Shown one piece after another: positions 1-9,419 of a stretch of DNA of 64,000 nt. Positions within the stretch are counted from its first letter, which is position 1; every line of letters begins with the position of its first letter. Made by a program: the position numbers and the translations under genes. Under the pieces are notes generated by a model. The model worked only from the letters and a program-made list of their open reading frames with translations, ran no database searches and was not told the origin of the DNA. The DNA is from Candidatus Alloruminococcus vanvlietii (lineage in GTDB: Bacteria > Bacillota > Clostridia > Oscillospirales > Ruminococcaceae): NCBI GenBank assembly GCA_904420505.1, contig CAJFVS010000025.1:21004-85003 (forward strand). Direction: 5' to 3'.

Positions 1-442
1 CGGGTTCATGCGCGGGCAAAAAGGATAGATAGCTTTGTATCCACGAGGTTTTCAGCCCTGTAAAAATAGCCGGGGTTTTGGCGTTGGAAGCGGACATGGT
101 GAGCAGATGCCGCACGGTGATGCGCTTGGCGCGCTCGCTGGTAAAATCGCTTACATGTTCGGGGAAAATATCCACCAGCCGCTCCTCCAGCGAAAGCTTG
201 TTTTCCTGCACCAGCAGTCCGACAGCCAGCCCGGTAAAGCTTTTGGAGGCCGACTGCAAAATGTGTTTGTCCTGCTTTTCAAACGGCGCCCAATACCCTT
301 GGGCAACCACGGCGCCGTCTTTTACAATCATCAAAGCATCAGGGAAGCGTATGCTTTGCTCCATATCGTTTAGCAAGGCTAAAATATCCTCGCTGCGAAT
401 CCCCACTTCCTCGGGGGGGCGATGTGCGAAAACCATTGACAT
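1..442 (-). CDS. serine hydrolase / beta-lactamase-family protein, N-terminal part (continues past window start)
   Basis: Absent from the ORF track because it has no stop in the window. My minus-strand translation from ATG 442..440 gives MSMVFAHRPPEEVGIRSEDILALLNDME...HILQSASKSFTGLAVGLLVQENKLSLEE. This places an S-x-x-K (SASK) motif where beta-lactamase/esterase-like serine hydrolases have their active site. Confidence 0.6.
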   Translation of the reverse strand, partial: MSMVFAHRPPEEVGIRSEDILALLNDMEQSIRFPDALMIVKDGAVVAQGYWAPFEKQDKHILQSASKSFTGLAVGLLVQENKLSLEERLVDIFPEHVSDFTSERAKRITVRHLLTMSASNAKTPAIFTGLKTSWIQSYLSFLPAHEP

Positions 443-529
443 CCATCCATTCTGTATTCTCATCTGCTGCAACAAAGCCTGCCCAAATGAGCAGGCCTTT
501 TGCACAACGGAAAACCAACCGACCAGCGA

Positions 530-1708
530 TTATTTTCCTGTAAAATTGGTGAATTTGCCGTCTTTGATGACAATCGCCGTCATGGGTTTTTCCGGTTGGC
601 CGCCTACAACGCTGTAGGTGCCAGCAATTCCTTCATAATCTTTGGCATCGCGCAAAAAGCTGTTGATTTTTGCTCTGTCCGGCCCGTAAAGGCGCAAAGC
701 TTCGGCAAACATGTTCATCTGGTCGATGCAATGTGCGGTTTGCGGGTCGATATCGGAGCCCACTTTTTCCATATATTCCTTGCGCAGCGCCTGGAACGAC
801 TCGCTGGGAAGGTCGGGGTTGGTATCGGTCAGCATATAAAAGCCTTCCACGGCATCGCCGCCAACTTTAATAAAATCTTCCAGCATAATGTTGTCCGAAC
901 AGAAAAACGGCACGTTGAATTCCAGCTGGCGCGCCTGGATCATAATCTGCGCAATTTCCGAATATGTCCCCAATACATGCACAGCCTCTGGGTTGGATTC
1001 TTTGATTTTGGAAATCATCGGGGTAAAGTCTACGGTACCGCGGTCGGGCATTTCAATGGCGGTAATGGTGCCGCCCAAAGCTTCGAATTCGCCGGGGAAC
1101 AATTCTACGGTGTTGTTGCCGCCTGCATCGTTAATCATAAGCAGCGCGCAGGTGTGACCCAAATTATCGTAAATAAATTTGGCATACTGTTTTTGCAAAT
1201 ACGCCATGGAGTTAAAACCGGTGATCATATATTCGCCCTGCGTCACATAGTCCGACTGCGAACAGGTAGGGGAAACTTCCGATATGCCGGCCTTTTCAAA
1301 AATGGGGGCCGCGGCCATGCAGTTGGCCGACTGGTAAGGCCCAAAGTTTACCAATACTTCGGGGTCTGCCACTACCTTATTGGCCATGGCAACGGTTTCC
1401 TTGGCGTCGGCTTTGTCGTCGTAATATTCAATTACAATCGGCACGCCGTCAATCCCGCCGTCAGCGTTGATTTTTTCAATTGCAAAGTTCAACGCCGCCT
1501 GGTGCTTCTTGCCGTATTGTTCGGAGTTGCCCGACAACGGCCCTATATAGGTGCACTTGTAATATTCCGGTTTGGATTGCTGCGAACCGGAAGCTATGTC
1601 AGACGTGGCCGGCGTGGAGCTGGAAGGCACAGTGCCGCTTGTGCATGCCGCCATACAGCCGATGATGCATACAAGAGAAAGCATTCCCAAAAAAATGCGC
1701 TTTTTCAT
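530..1708 (-). CDS. ABC transporter substrate-binding lipoprotein, LivJ/branched-chain amino-acid-binding type
   Basis: ORF 530..1711. ATG 1708 lies 6 nt after AAGGAGGA. There is a lipoprotein signal with lipobox Cys (LSLVCIIGCMAAC), and the body resembles type-I periplasmic binding proteins of the Leu/Ile/Val family. No permease or ATPase gene is adjacent. Confidence 0.8.
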   Translation of the reverse strand: MKKRIFLGMLSLVCIIGCMAACTSGTVPSSSTPATSDIASGSQQSKPEYYKCTYIGPLSGNSEQYGKKHQAALNFAIEKINADGGIDGVPIVIEYYDDKADAKETVAMANKVVADPEVLVNFGPYQSANCMAAAPIFEKAGISEVSPTCSQSDYVTQGEYMITGFNSMAYLQKQYAKFIYDNLGHTCALLMINDAGGNNTVELFPGEFEALGGTITAIEMPDRGTVDFTPMISKIKESNPEAVHVLGTYSEIAQIMIQARQLEFNVPFFCSDNIMLEDFIKVGGDAVEGFYMLTDTNPDLPSESFQALRKEYMEKVGSDIDPQTAHCIDQMNMFAEALRLYGPDRAKINSFLRDAKDYEGIAGTYSVVGGQPEKPMTAIVIKDGKFTNFTGK

Positions 1709-2331
1709 CAAATATCCTCCTTGTTCTGCAAAAGCATTTGTGACATATGCCGGTACCGAAGCTTGCCACCTTTTTGTTTATTTTTATTTTTACATCTTCT
1801 TCTTTGTTTTGCAAGATACAACCGCCGCCGAAAAGCAACTTCGTAGGAAAGCCCAATTTGCCATTTTAAAATCTGTGGAATTCTCTTTGAAAAAAGGCGC
1901 TGTTTTGGCCATTTGTAACTTTTTGTTCATATTTTTATTGCCATACACGGGTATAAAGGAAACCTGCGTTTTTTATTGCTCCAACCATATTAAAACATTT
2001 TTAAATGAGCATTTTCATTTTTGTAAACTTACGCAAAAATTTTTGATATAGACTTTATATTGCTCTGAGATTGCACCGGCCTTTTTATACCGCATGCCTT
2101 GGCTTCACAAAAAGTTCATCAAAAAAAGGCACTGCGGTTTGTGCGCAATGCCAAAATAATCGGAAAATCGCGTAAAGCAATTGTTTGAGTATTTAATTTA
2201 TGCTAAAATAAAGGCGTGCAAGCCGAATAAATTCGCTTTAATAAACGGTTTATCCGCATTTTTGCCCGCTTTATGTACAGGCAATGCATACCATACTTAA
2301 TTGTTTTAACCATTTACAGGAGGTCTACAAG

Positions 2332-3465
2332 ATGAAAAAGCCAAGCGAAATGAAAATTGCCATCCTGGGTTTCGGCTATCTGGCCGGATACATCCGCCCC
2401 TGCTATGAAGGCATTTTGGGCGAAAACATGAAAACCCAAATGATTGCCACCAAGGGAACCGACCGCGGTTTGGCCGAAAAACAAAAAGAATTCGGCTTTC
2501 CTATTTTGGTAGGGGATTCCATGGGCGCTTTAAAACAGCTGGAACCCGATTTGATTTTGGTTTCCACAAAGCCCAACCAAGTGCCCGCTTTGGTACAGGA
2601 TGTGTTAAAGCCCTACTACCAGTCCCTGCGTGAAAACGGCAAACCCCTGCCGGATATGTATTCCTTTGCGCCCGACCCTGCCGTTACCGTTTTGCAGGAT
2701 GAAATCGGTTTGGATGTCAACATCTGCAACGTGCTGCCCAACATGGTCGACCGCATCCAGGGTTTGTACGTAGCGCCTATCGCCTATTCTTTCCTGACAT
2801 TTGACCCCAGGCGCCAATGGCCGGAAGAAAACAAACAGTTTGTCAGCGATTTTCTGGCTCCTATCGGCCAGGTGGTGTTCACTACGCCCGAAACCGCTAT
2901 CCCGGTTTTGGCCAGCAAAATTGCCTGCCACAATGTGTATGAATTAAACTTTGTTATCTCGGATGTGCTCAATTCGCGCGGCATGCCTATAACCGTTAAC
3001 CAAACCGCATCGGCTATGCGTGCGTTCCACCGTTCGCGGTTTGATACTTTCGCCCCCGACCGCTACCACTGCTCGATGGGCGATGTGGACAAAAACATCC
3101 TGGAATTCATCAAGCTGTGCAACCAGAACTGGTACGACGGCATCATCGACCACTGCAACGACAAAGGCGTGGACAGCTACGTTTCCAAACGCTTTGTGCG
3201 CGGCACCATGGAAATGCACCTGTTAACCGTGCAGATGGAATCGCGCGAAGCGCTTGACCACAACAACTCGGTGCATGCCACCAAAGGCGGCGTGCTGGAA
3301 AAAGCGGTTACCACCTTTAAAGCCGAATGCTGGCAGCCTTTGGCAGACGCCTTTAACCGCTATTTAGACGGCAACCTCGAGCCCGAATTCTGGAGCAAAT
3401 GGCGCCAGATGGCATACGACCTTACCGCGGTGGTATGCGCGCACGGGTCCCGCTTGTCCAAATAA
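2332..3465 (+). CDS. NAD(P)-binding pyrroline-5-carboxylate-reductase-like protein, paralogue 1 (function unknown)
   Basis: ATG 2332 lies 8 nt after AGGAGG within ORF 2284..3465. The N-terminus has a Rossmann motif (MKIAILGFGYLAGY). STKPNQV resembles the ProC 'KPQ' segment and HATKGGVLE resembles the ProC C-terminal substrate loop. It is about 100 aa longer than canonical ProC. Confidence 0.65.
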   Translation: MKKPSEMKIAILGFGYLAGYIRPCYEGILGENMKTQMIATKGTDRGLAEKQKEFGFPILVGDSMGALKQLEPDLILVSTKPNQVPALVQDVLKPYYQSLRENGKPLPDMYSFAPDPAVTVLQDEIGLDVNICNVLPNMVDRIQGLYVAPIAYSFLTFDPRRQWPEENKQFVSDFLAPIGQVVFTTPETAIPVLASKIACHNVYELNFVISDVLNSRGMPITVNQTASAMRAFHRSRFDTFAPDRYHCSMGDVDKNILEFIKLCNQNWYDGIIDHCNDKGVDSYVSKRFVRGTMEMHLLTVQMESREALDHNNSVHATKGGVLEKAVTTFKAECWQPLADAFNRYLDGNLEPEFWSKWRQMAYDLTAVVCAHGSRLSK

Positions 3466-3573
3466 AAAACATTTTCAAAGGGCATAAAATATGGTATCAT
3501 AAAACTACTAAAAAATGGTTTTATGGTGCCATTTTTTATTCAAAAAAAGAAATATACACAGGGGGATTTGCAA

Positions 3574-4710
3574 ATGAGGCTGGATAAGAATATGAAAATC
3601 ACCATCATCGGCCTGGGCAACCTGGCCGAGTACATGCGCCCATGTTACGAAGGCATTTTGGGCGAAAACATGAAAACCAATGTCATCGCCATCAAAGCCA
3701 CCGAACGCAATTTGGAAGAAAAACGCCGTGCGTTTGGATTCGAAATCTCGGTGGGCAACACGCTGGAAGTGTTAAAACGCCAGCAGCCGGATATGATTTT
3801 CCTATCCCCGCCGCCCAAGGAAGTGCCGCCGACCACGCAAAACGTGCTGGTGCCTTACTATGCCTTTTTGCGCGAGCAGGGAAAAGAACTGCCCATGCTG
3901 TTAAACTTTGCGCCCGACCCGCCGGCCGCTTATTTTTACGATACCCTGGGGCAGGATATCCTGGAAGTAAACATTCTGCCCAACATGTTAAACAAAATCG
4001 AGGACATCGACTGTTCGGGCATTGGCTTAAACTATGTCACCTTTGATGCGCGCCACAAATGGCAGGGTGAACCGCTGGAATTTTTAAAACGCTTTTTGGC
4101 CCCAGTTGGCGGCTTTTTGGATTCCCCGCAGGAAATGGTGCAGGAGCTTTTGTCCACCAAGGTGGTGGGCAACCCGGTGTTTGACATGTGCTGCCAGATT
4201 GCCGATATTTTAAAAGAGCGCGGGGTAATCTTGCCCGAAAGCCGTATTGCTTCCTGCATGCGCGCCGCCCACCGCGCCCAGTTTGACGATTTAAGCCCCG
4301 ACCCGTACCATTGCTCTACGCAGGACGTGCCGGAGGAATACCGCCCCTTTGTAGAGCAGGCCATTTTATCGTGGTACGGCGGGCTGCTGGATTATGCGCG
4401 TTCGGTAGGGGTACAGCCCCCGGTGGACAAACAGGCGACCCGCTTTAAAATTGAATTGCAGCTGCTGGCCGTGCAATTGCAGCCGCGCGCAGCCATTGAA
4501 CACACCCATTCCACCCATGCCACCAAAGGCGGCGTGCTGGAACACGGCACCATTTTGTACAATACCCTTTGCAAAGAGAAATTTGACAATGCCTTTAAAG
4601 CCTATTTGGATACCCATACGCTGGACGAAAATTTCTTTGCTTGCTGGCGCGAGCAGGCCAAGCAAAACGCTGCAAGCGTAACGGCGCACTGCCGCAAGTT
4701 GTCCAAATAA
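3574..4710 (+). CDS. NAD(P)-binding pyrroline-5-carboxylate-reductase-like protein, paralogue 2 (function unknown)
   Basis: ATG 3574 follows a GGGGGA SD within ORF 3523..4710. It is collinear with paralogue 1 along its whole length (MKITIIGLGNLAEYMRPCYEGILGENMKT..., HATKGGVLE, C-terminal ...KLSK versus ...RLSK). Confidence 0.65.
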   Translation: MRLDKNMKITIIGLGNLAEYMRPCYEGILGENMKTNVIAIKATERNLEEKRRAFGFEISVGNTLEVLKRQQPDMIFLSPPPKEVPPTTQNVLVPYYAFLREQGKELPMLLNFAPDPPAAYFYDTLGQDILEVNILPNMLNKIEDIDCSGIGLNYVTFDARHKWQGEPLEFLKRFLAPVGGFLDSPQEMVQELLSTKVVGNPVFDMCCQIADILKERGVILPESRIASCMRAAHRAQFDDLSPDPYHCSTQDVPEEYRPFVEQAILSWYGGLLDYARSVGVQPPVDKQATRFKIELQLLAVQLQPRAAIEHTHSTHATKGGVLEHGTILYNTLCKEKFDNAFKAYLDTHTLDENFFACWREQAKQNAASVTAHCRKLSK

Positions 4711-4751
4711 CATCCGCCGTGCGCACAGCGTAAGCGGAAAGGAGAACCCTT

Positions 4752-5156
4752 ATGAAAAAAATGGTCTGCGGTATTCTGGCAGAAATTGCCGCGCTGGGCG
4801 CTTTGGCATGTATGTTGTTTGGCAACGGCATTGCCATGGTGTTTGCTTCTTCCCCCACCCAGCGCGTTACCCGTTACTACAATTATTTAAGCCCTGTGGT
4901 GTTTGGGTACGGCAACTGGTTTGCCCCAATTGCCGCTATTTTAACCATTGCCTGCTGTATACTGCTGCTGTTTTTTCTGCTGGGCAAAGCGCCCTTAAAA
5001 CTCGCTGTCATCTTTCAATGGATGGCGTTTGCATTTTCGGCGCTGGCAGTGGTGGCGTTCTCTTCTTTCACCGTTGCCGGCGTACTGGCCGCTGTATTAC
5101 TGGGGCTGGGGTTGTTGTTCTTATACCTTGGCCGCCAAATCAACAAGGAGGTTTAA
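4752..5156 (+). CDS. small polytopic membrane protein (about 4 hydrophobic helices), unknown function
   Basis: 134-aa ORF with SD GGAAAGGAG upstream, strongly hydrophobic throughout, 41 nt after the preceding gene. I recognise no family. Confidence 0.6.
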   Translation: MKKMVCGILAEIAALGALACMLFGNGIAMVFASSPTQRVTRYYNYLSPVVFGYGNWFAPIAAILTIACCILLLFFLLGKAPLKLAVIFQWMAFAFSALAVVAFSSFTVAGVLAAVLLGLGLLFLYLGRQINKEV

Positions 5157-5159
5157 GCC

Positions 5160-5630
5160 ATGCGCAGAAAAGACCGCGAAGTTTCTTATGAACTGGCCTA
5201 CCAATGGCTTTGCGAATGCGAATACGCCACCATGAGCATGGTAGCGCCGGACAATACCCCCTACGCCGTACCGGTTTCCCCGGCGGTGGTGGAAAACGCG
5301 GTGTATATCCATTGCGCGCTGGAAGGCACCAAACTGGATATCCTGCGGCAAAACCCGCAGGTGGTGTTAAGCTGCGTGGGGCAAACCCAGCTGCAGCCCG
5401 AAGAATACACCACGGCGTTTGCCTCTGCCATTGCGTTTGGGCATGCGCAAATCATCACCGATGAAAAAGAAAAAATAGAAGCTTTGCGCGCTATCTGCCT
5501 AAAATATGCAAGCGCGTATATGCACCGGTTTGATGAGGCGATTGCGCGCTCTTTGCACCGCACGGGGATTATCAAAATCACTTTGGAAAGGATATACGGC
5601 AAGCAAAAACCACTCAAAACCTCTAAATAA
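5160..5630 (+). CDS. pyridoxamine 5'-phosphate oxidase-related FMN-binding protein (PNPOx-like / NimA-like split barrel)
   Basis: 156 aa. The MRRKDREV... N-terminus and overall pattern are typical of the Pyridox_ox_2-type family. It starts 3 nt after the previous stop. Confidence 0.75.
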   Translation: MRRKDREVSYELAYQWLCECEYATMSMVAPDNTPYAVPVSPAVVENAVYIHCALEGTKLDILRQNPQVVLSCVGQTQLQPEEYTTAFASAIAFGHAQIITDEKEKIEALRAICLKYASAYMHRFDEAIARSLHRTGIIKITLERIYGKQKPLKTSK

Positions 5631-5648
5631 AAAAGGGGGGGAAGCGTT

Positions 5649-6413
5649 ATGAAAAAACGGGTTTTAAGCGTTTTATCGGTGGTTTTGTTGGCTAGCTGCC
5701 TGTTTGGCTGCCAACAAACGCGTACCATCCCCCTTGATGCAGGTTTGCCTGAAACCTGCGCCCGGCAGGGGCTGCTGCCCTGGGTGTGGAACCGCCCGCC
5801 TTTGTTTGCCCCTGTTTTTAAAAGCAGCGGGCAAACGCCTATCGAGGTTGCACAGGACGCTATAAAGTTGTATTTTGCCTACCGCAAAAGCCTTGCCATG
5901 TCCCCCATGCAGCGCTGTGCCACTACCGAGCTGGAAAACATCTGGTGGCATGCGGGGGATATGGACGAATTCATGGTTTCGTTTCAAAGCGCTGCCACCG
6001 GCGTTTATCCCGAAAATTTCCTCTACGGGGCCAACGGCGAGTGCGACACAGACTTTCGATGGCACGGCGTTTACTTAGAAATGCGCATTGTGCGCCGCGA
6101 AGACGGAACGTATGCGGTTTTGGGCGTGGGCACTGGTGGATACGCCCATGACCTAAAACAAGTGCAGCCAAATGCAGACGCCCTGAACAAGCAGGCGCTT
6201 TTAAAAGATTACCTTTTGCGCACGGTAGACCTTGGGCAGTATGAACCATATTTTGCGCTGGATTTTTCCGGCTATTTGTGGATGCAAAACAAGCTGTTTT
6301 ATGTGTTTTACCCCAATGTGAACATACAGGTGCCGGGCATGGAGCCTTTTTACGGCATTAGCACGGACGGGCAGTATGTTTCCCATGTGTATGAAGTCCA
6401 TCCTATCCAATAA
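5649..6413 (+). CDS. lipoprotein, unknown function
   Basis: 254 aa with a G-rich SD. The signal peptide has a lipobox (VVLLASCLFGCQQ). Confidence 0.7.
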   Translation: MKKRVLSVLSVVLLASCLFGCQQTRTIPLDAGLPETCARQGLLPWVWNRPPLFAPVFKSSGQTPIEVAQDAIKLYFAYRKSLAMSPMQRCATTELENIWWHAGDMDEFMVSFQSAATGVYPENFLYGANGECDTDFRWHGVYLEMRIVRREDGTYAVLGVGTGGYAHDLKQVQPNADALNKQALLKDYLLRTVDLGQYEPYFALDFSGYLWMQNKLFYVFYPNVNIQVPGMEPFYGISTDGQYVSHVYEVHPIQ

Positions 6414-6420
6414 AACCCAT

Positions 6421-6458
6421 AAAAAAGGCCCCCTGTTGAACAGGGGGCCTTGCTTTTT
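6421..6458. terminator. bidirectional intrinsic terminator
   Basis: Stem GGCCCCCTG / CAGGGGGCC with loop TTGAA, an A-run on the 5' side and a T-run on the 3' side. It sits between convergent genes. Confidence 0.8.
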
Positions 6459-6461
6459 GGT

Positions 6462-7607
6462 TTATTCAATAATCACAATGTTGGCATTTTGGTATTCTTC
6501 ACAGGATAAAAACCGGAAGGTGCCGTTTTCCAGCTTTTTCAGTTCAAATGCATAGCTTTCGCCTTTGTTTAGCTGCAAGTAATCCCGGTAGGTTTGCACC
6601 ACTACGCGGTATTTGCCGTTTTCCTTTTGCTCACAGCGGGAAATAACATACGGCGATCTGCTGCGCCGCGCGCCCAATGTGCGGAACTTGTGCTGGTCTT
6701 TTACATAATAATAGCTGTTTTCATAGTCCACCGCTACGCCCAGGTTGTTCATAAGCACCTGGTCCACCAACTGCTGGTCAATAAAAGCCGAACCGGTTTC
6801 ATAACTGCCGTCCTTTTGGCCGATATCCTTTGCCAGCACAACGGCAAGCTGTACAAGCTGCTCGCTGGATAAATCCCCAGGGGTGTCAAAGCTGCGCGGT
6901 TCTATATACTGCATCATCAAATCCACATAATAAGCCGCGGGGGTGTTCTGCACTTCTTCTTCGCTCATAACCGTATCGTTTTTGTTGCGGATATAATAGA
7001 TGCACAGCCCGGGCGAATCCTCGTACTTGCGCCCTACCAGCACTTCCCAGCGGGTAACGCCCTCTACAAAGGGGCTGTCGCCTTCGTTTTTGGCGGTATC
7101 CACCACCAGTTCGTACAAATACTGCTCGCCGCTGGAAATAAGCTTATACGTCACCGAATTGGTTTCGCGGCCATCCCAAAAACCAACGTTTACCATGCCG
7201 CGGTTTTTGCTCAGCTTGTCCACAGCGCTGGGCAACCCTGCTTTAATCGCCCGCACCAGTTTATCCATAATGGCGTTGTAATCTTCTTCTGTTTCCTTTT
7301 CGTCAATGGTGACAATGCCGTTGCCCCATTCTTCCCCTGCGCTGCTGGTGCTGCTTGCGGGAGGCTGTGAAGAAGCCGCAGACGCCGCAGAAGAAGGCGG
7401 GATCTGCGAAGGCGCACTGCTGGAAACCTCCGGTGCCGTATTCGCCTCGCTGGAGAGGGGCATTTCCGGTTGCTGCAAAGGGATGTCCACCTCGCCCTCT
7501 ATATTGCCCGCAGGCAAAGAAGCGTCCCCTTCGCTTTGGCAGGCAGCCAAACTGAACAGCACAAGCAGGCATGCCAAAACGCCTGCCAGAATTTTATGAA
7601 TCCGCAT
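6462..7607 (-). CDS. lipoprotein with Ser/Pro-rich linker, unknown function
   Basis: ORF 6462..7631. ATG 7607 (MRIHKILAGVLACLLVLFSLAACQSE) lies 9 nt after GGAGGA. It has a lipobox Cys and a low-complexity S/A/P linker followed by a globular domain. Confidence 0.7.
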   Translation of the reverse strand: MRIHKILAGVLACLLVLFSLAACQSEGDASLPAGNIEGEVDIPLQQPEMPLSSEANTAPEVSSSAPSQIPPSSAASAASSQPPASSTSSAGEEWGNGIVTIDEKETEEDYNAIMDKLVRAIKAGLPSAVDKLSKNRGMVNVGFWDGRETNSVTYKLISSGEQYLYELVVDTAKNEGDSPFVEGVTRWEVLVGRKYEDSPGLCIYYIRNKNDTVMSEEEVQNTPAAYYVDLMMQYIEPRSFDTPGDLSSEQLVQLAVVLAKDIGQKDGSYETGSAFIDQQLVDQVLMNNLGVAVDYENSYYYVKDQHKFRTLGARRSRSPYVISRCEQKENGKYRVVVQTYRDYLQLNKGESYAFELKKLENGTFRFLSCEEYQNANIVIIE

Positions 7608-7857
7608 ATGGTTTTGTCCTCCATCCTCCAAAGATGATTCCTATTGGTACAACGCAGCATGGGCGCACTGTATTGGCGCAAACGCCGGTTTTGCAAACCT
7701 TTTTGGGTTGGCTTTTGCAGGGTTTTCGCTATCTAGTATACCATATTTTTCCACTGTTTTGTGAATGCTTTGTGAATTTGCGCCGTTTCCCTTCCCTGCG
7801 CACGAAAACCACCAAATCCTGTTGCCGGGCCATAGCCGATTTTAGCGAATTTTTTAC

Positions 7858-7886
7858 TTGACGCATGCCCTTTGAGCGATTACAAT
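7858..7886 (+). promoter_or_regulatory. sigma-70-type promoter for the met leader
   Basis: TTGACG (7858..7863), 17-nt spacer, TACAAT (7881..7886), about 35 nt upstream of the riboswitch. Confidence 0.55.
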
Positions 7887-7920
7887 AAAAATAATCATTC
7901 TTTTTTGTATATTTTCTGAA

Positions 7921-8027
7921 ATCTTATCGCGAGTGGCTGAGGGACTGGCCCTATGACGCCCGGCAACAGCCTGTTTTTACAGGCCATGTGCTAATTCCTG
8001 CAGGGGGAAACCCCTGAAAGATAAGAG
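7921..8027 (+). promoter_or_regulatory. SAM-I (S-box) riboswitch aptamer
   Basis: Hallmark elements are present in order: CTTATC...GAGGGACTGGCCC...GACGCCCGGCAACC...GTGCTAATTCC...AGATAAG. The P1 halves CTTATC (7923..7928) and GATAAG (8020..8025) pair. It lies upstream of methionine-synthesis genes. Confidence 0.9.
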
Positions 8028-8050
8028 AGATTTTTGCTTGAATCAAGCAC

Positions 8051-8078
8051 GCCGTCTCTCATATGAGACGGCTTTTTT
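8051..8078 (+). terminator. riboswitch expression-platform terminator
   Basis: GCCGTCTC-tcatat-GAGACGGC followed by TTTTTT, 33 nt before the metY start. Confidence 0.85.
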
Positions 8079-8111
8079 GATACAAATTTTTACGAAAGAA
8101 GGTTTTTTAAC

Positions 8112-9395
8112 ATGGACAAGACTTTCAATCTTGAAACCCTGTGTGTACACGGCGCATACCACGCAAAAGACGGTGAGCCGCAGGTGATGCCGCTGGTGCA
8201 AAGCACCACCTACCGTTTCCAGGACCCGCAGGACGTGGCCGATTTGTTTGATTTAAAAAGCTTGGGCAGCTTTTATGCGCGCATCGGCAGCCCTACTGTG
8301 GATAATTTTGAAAAGAAAATGGCCCTTTTGGAAGGCGGCACCGCAGCGGTTGCCACCTCGTCCGGGCAGGCAGCTACCCTTATTACGCTGTTAAACCTGT
8401 GCCAAAGCGGCGACCATATCATCTCTTCGGCCAAAATTTACGGGGGCACCACCAACCTGTTCACCGTTACGCTCAAAAAGCTGGGCATCCAAACCACATT
8501 GATTGACCCCGACTGCTCGTTGGAGGAAATTTTGGCGTCTGCACAGCCCACCACCAAATTGATTTTTGCCGAATCGCTGGGCAACCCGGCTTTGAATGTT
8601 CTGGACATTGAAAAATTTGCAAACGCCGCCAAACAGCTTGGCGTGCCGCTGGTGGTGGATAACACCATCGCCTCCTCTTATCTATGCCAGCCCATCCAAC
8701 ACGGGGCCAATATCGTCATCCACTCCACCACCAAATACTGCGACGGCCATGCCACCAGCGTGGGCGGCGTAATTGTAGACGGCGGCAATTTTGATTGGGC
8801 CAACGGCAAATTCCCGGAATTTACCCAGCCGGATGAAAGCTACCACGGCACCGTTTACACCCGTGATTTTGGCAACATGGCGTTTGCCACCAAAGCCCGC
8901 GTGCAGATGCTGAGGGATTTGGGCTGCACCATGAGCCCCATGAACGCCTTTTTAACCAACCTGGGGCTGGAAACCTTGCACCTGCGCATGCGCTGCCACA
9001 GCGAAAACGCCTTAAAGCTGGCCCAGCATCTGGAGGCCTCGCCCTATGTGGATTGGGTAAACTACCCGGGGTTAAACAGCTCCCCTTATAACCAGTTGGC
9101 GCAAAAATACCTGCCTAAGGGCGCTTCGGGCGTTTTAACCTTTGGGGTAAAGGGCGGCAGGGAAGCCGGCGACCGCTTTATCCGCAACATTGATTTGACC
9201 TCTTTGGTGGTGCATGTGGGCGACCTTCGCACAAGCGTTTTGCACCCGGCCTCTACCACCCACCGCCAGTTAAGCGAACAAGACCAAATCAAGTCCGGCA
9301 TCCGCCCGGAGCTTATCCGCGTGTCGGTTGGTTTGGAAAATATCGACGATATCATCAAGGACTTTGACCAGGCTTTGCAAAAGGCCTGCCAGTAA
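8112..9395 (+). CDS. metY: O-acetylhomoserine sulfhydrylase (aminocarboxypropyltransferase), PLP-dependent
   Basis: 427 aa of the Cys/Met-metabolism PLP family, with the lysine motif HSTTKYCDGH. Its position behind a SAM riboswitch and next to metA supports the call. Confidence 0.9.
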   Translation: MDKTFNLETLCVHGAYHAKDGEPQVMPLVQSTTYRFQDPQDVADLFDLKSLGSFYARIGSPTVDNFEKKMALLEGGTAAVATSSGQAATLITLLNLCQSGDHIISSAKIYGGTTNLFTVTLKKLGIQTTLIDPDCSLEEILASAQPTTKLIFAESLGNPALNVLDIEKFANAAKQLGVPLVVDNTIASSYLCQPIQHGANIVIHSTTKYCDGHATSVGGVIVDGGNFDWANGKFPEFTQPDESYHGTVYTRDFGNMAFATKARVQMLRDLGCTMSPMNAFLTNLGLETLHLRMRCHSENALKLAQHLEASPYVDWVNYPGLNSSPYNQLAQKYLPKGASGVLTFGVKGGREAGDRFIRNIDLTSLVVHVGDLRTSVLHPASTTHRQLSEQDQIKSGIRPELIRVSVGLENIDDIIKDFDQALQKACQ

Positions 9396-9419
9396 GCCGT
9401 TTTACAAGGAGTATCCACT

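Noticed and set aside
1749-1776. T-box-like string (minus strand AAGGTGGCAAGCTTCGGTACCGG) upstream of the LivJ-type SBP gene
   Set aside because: The GGTGG...TACCG halves are separated by an insertion not seen in real T-boxes. I could find no stem I/specifier architecture or terminator/antiterminator alternative.
500-1846. 448-aa plus-strand ORF overlapping the LivJ-type SBP gene
   Set aside because: It is antisense to a gene with a clear lipoprotein signal and binding-protein fold. Its composition (many R, G, F, H, V) is not protein-like.
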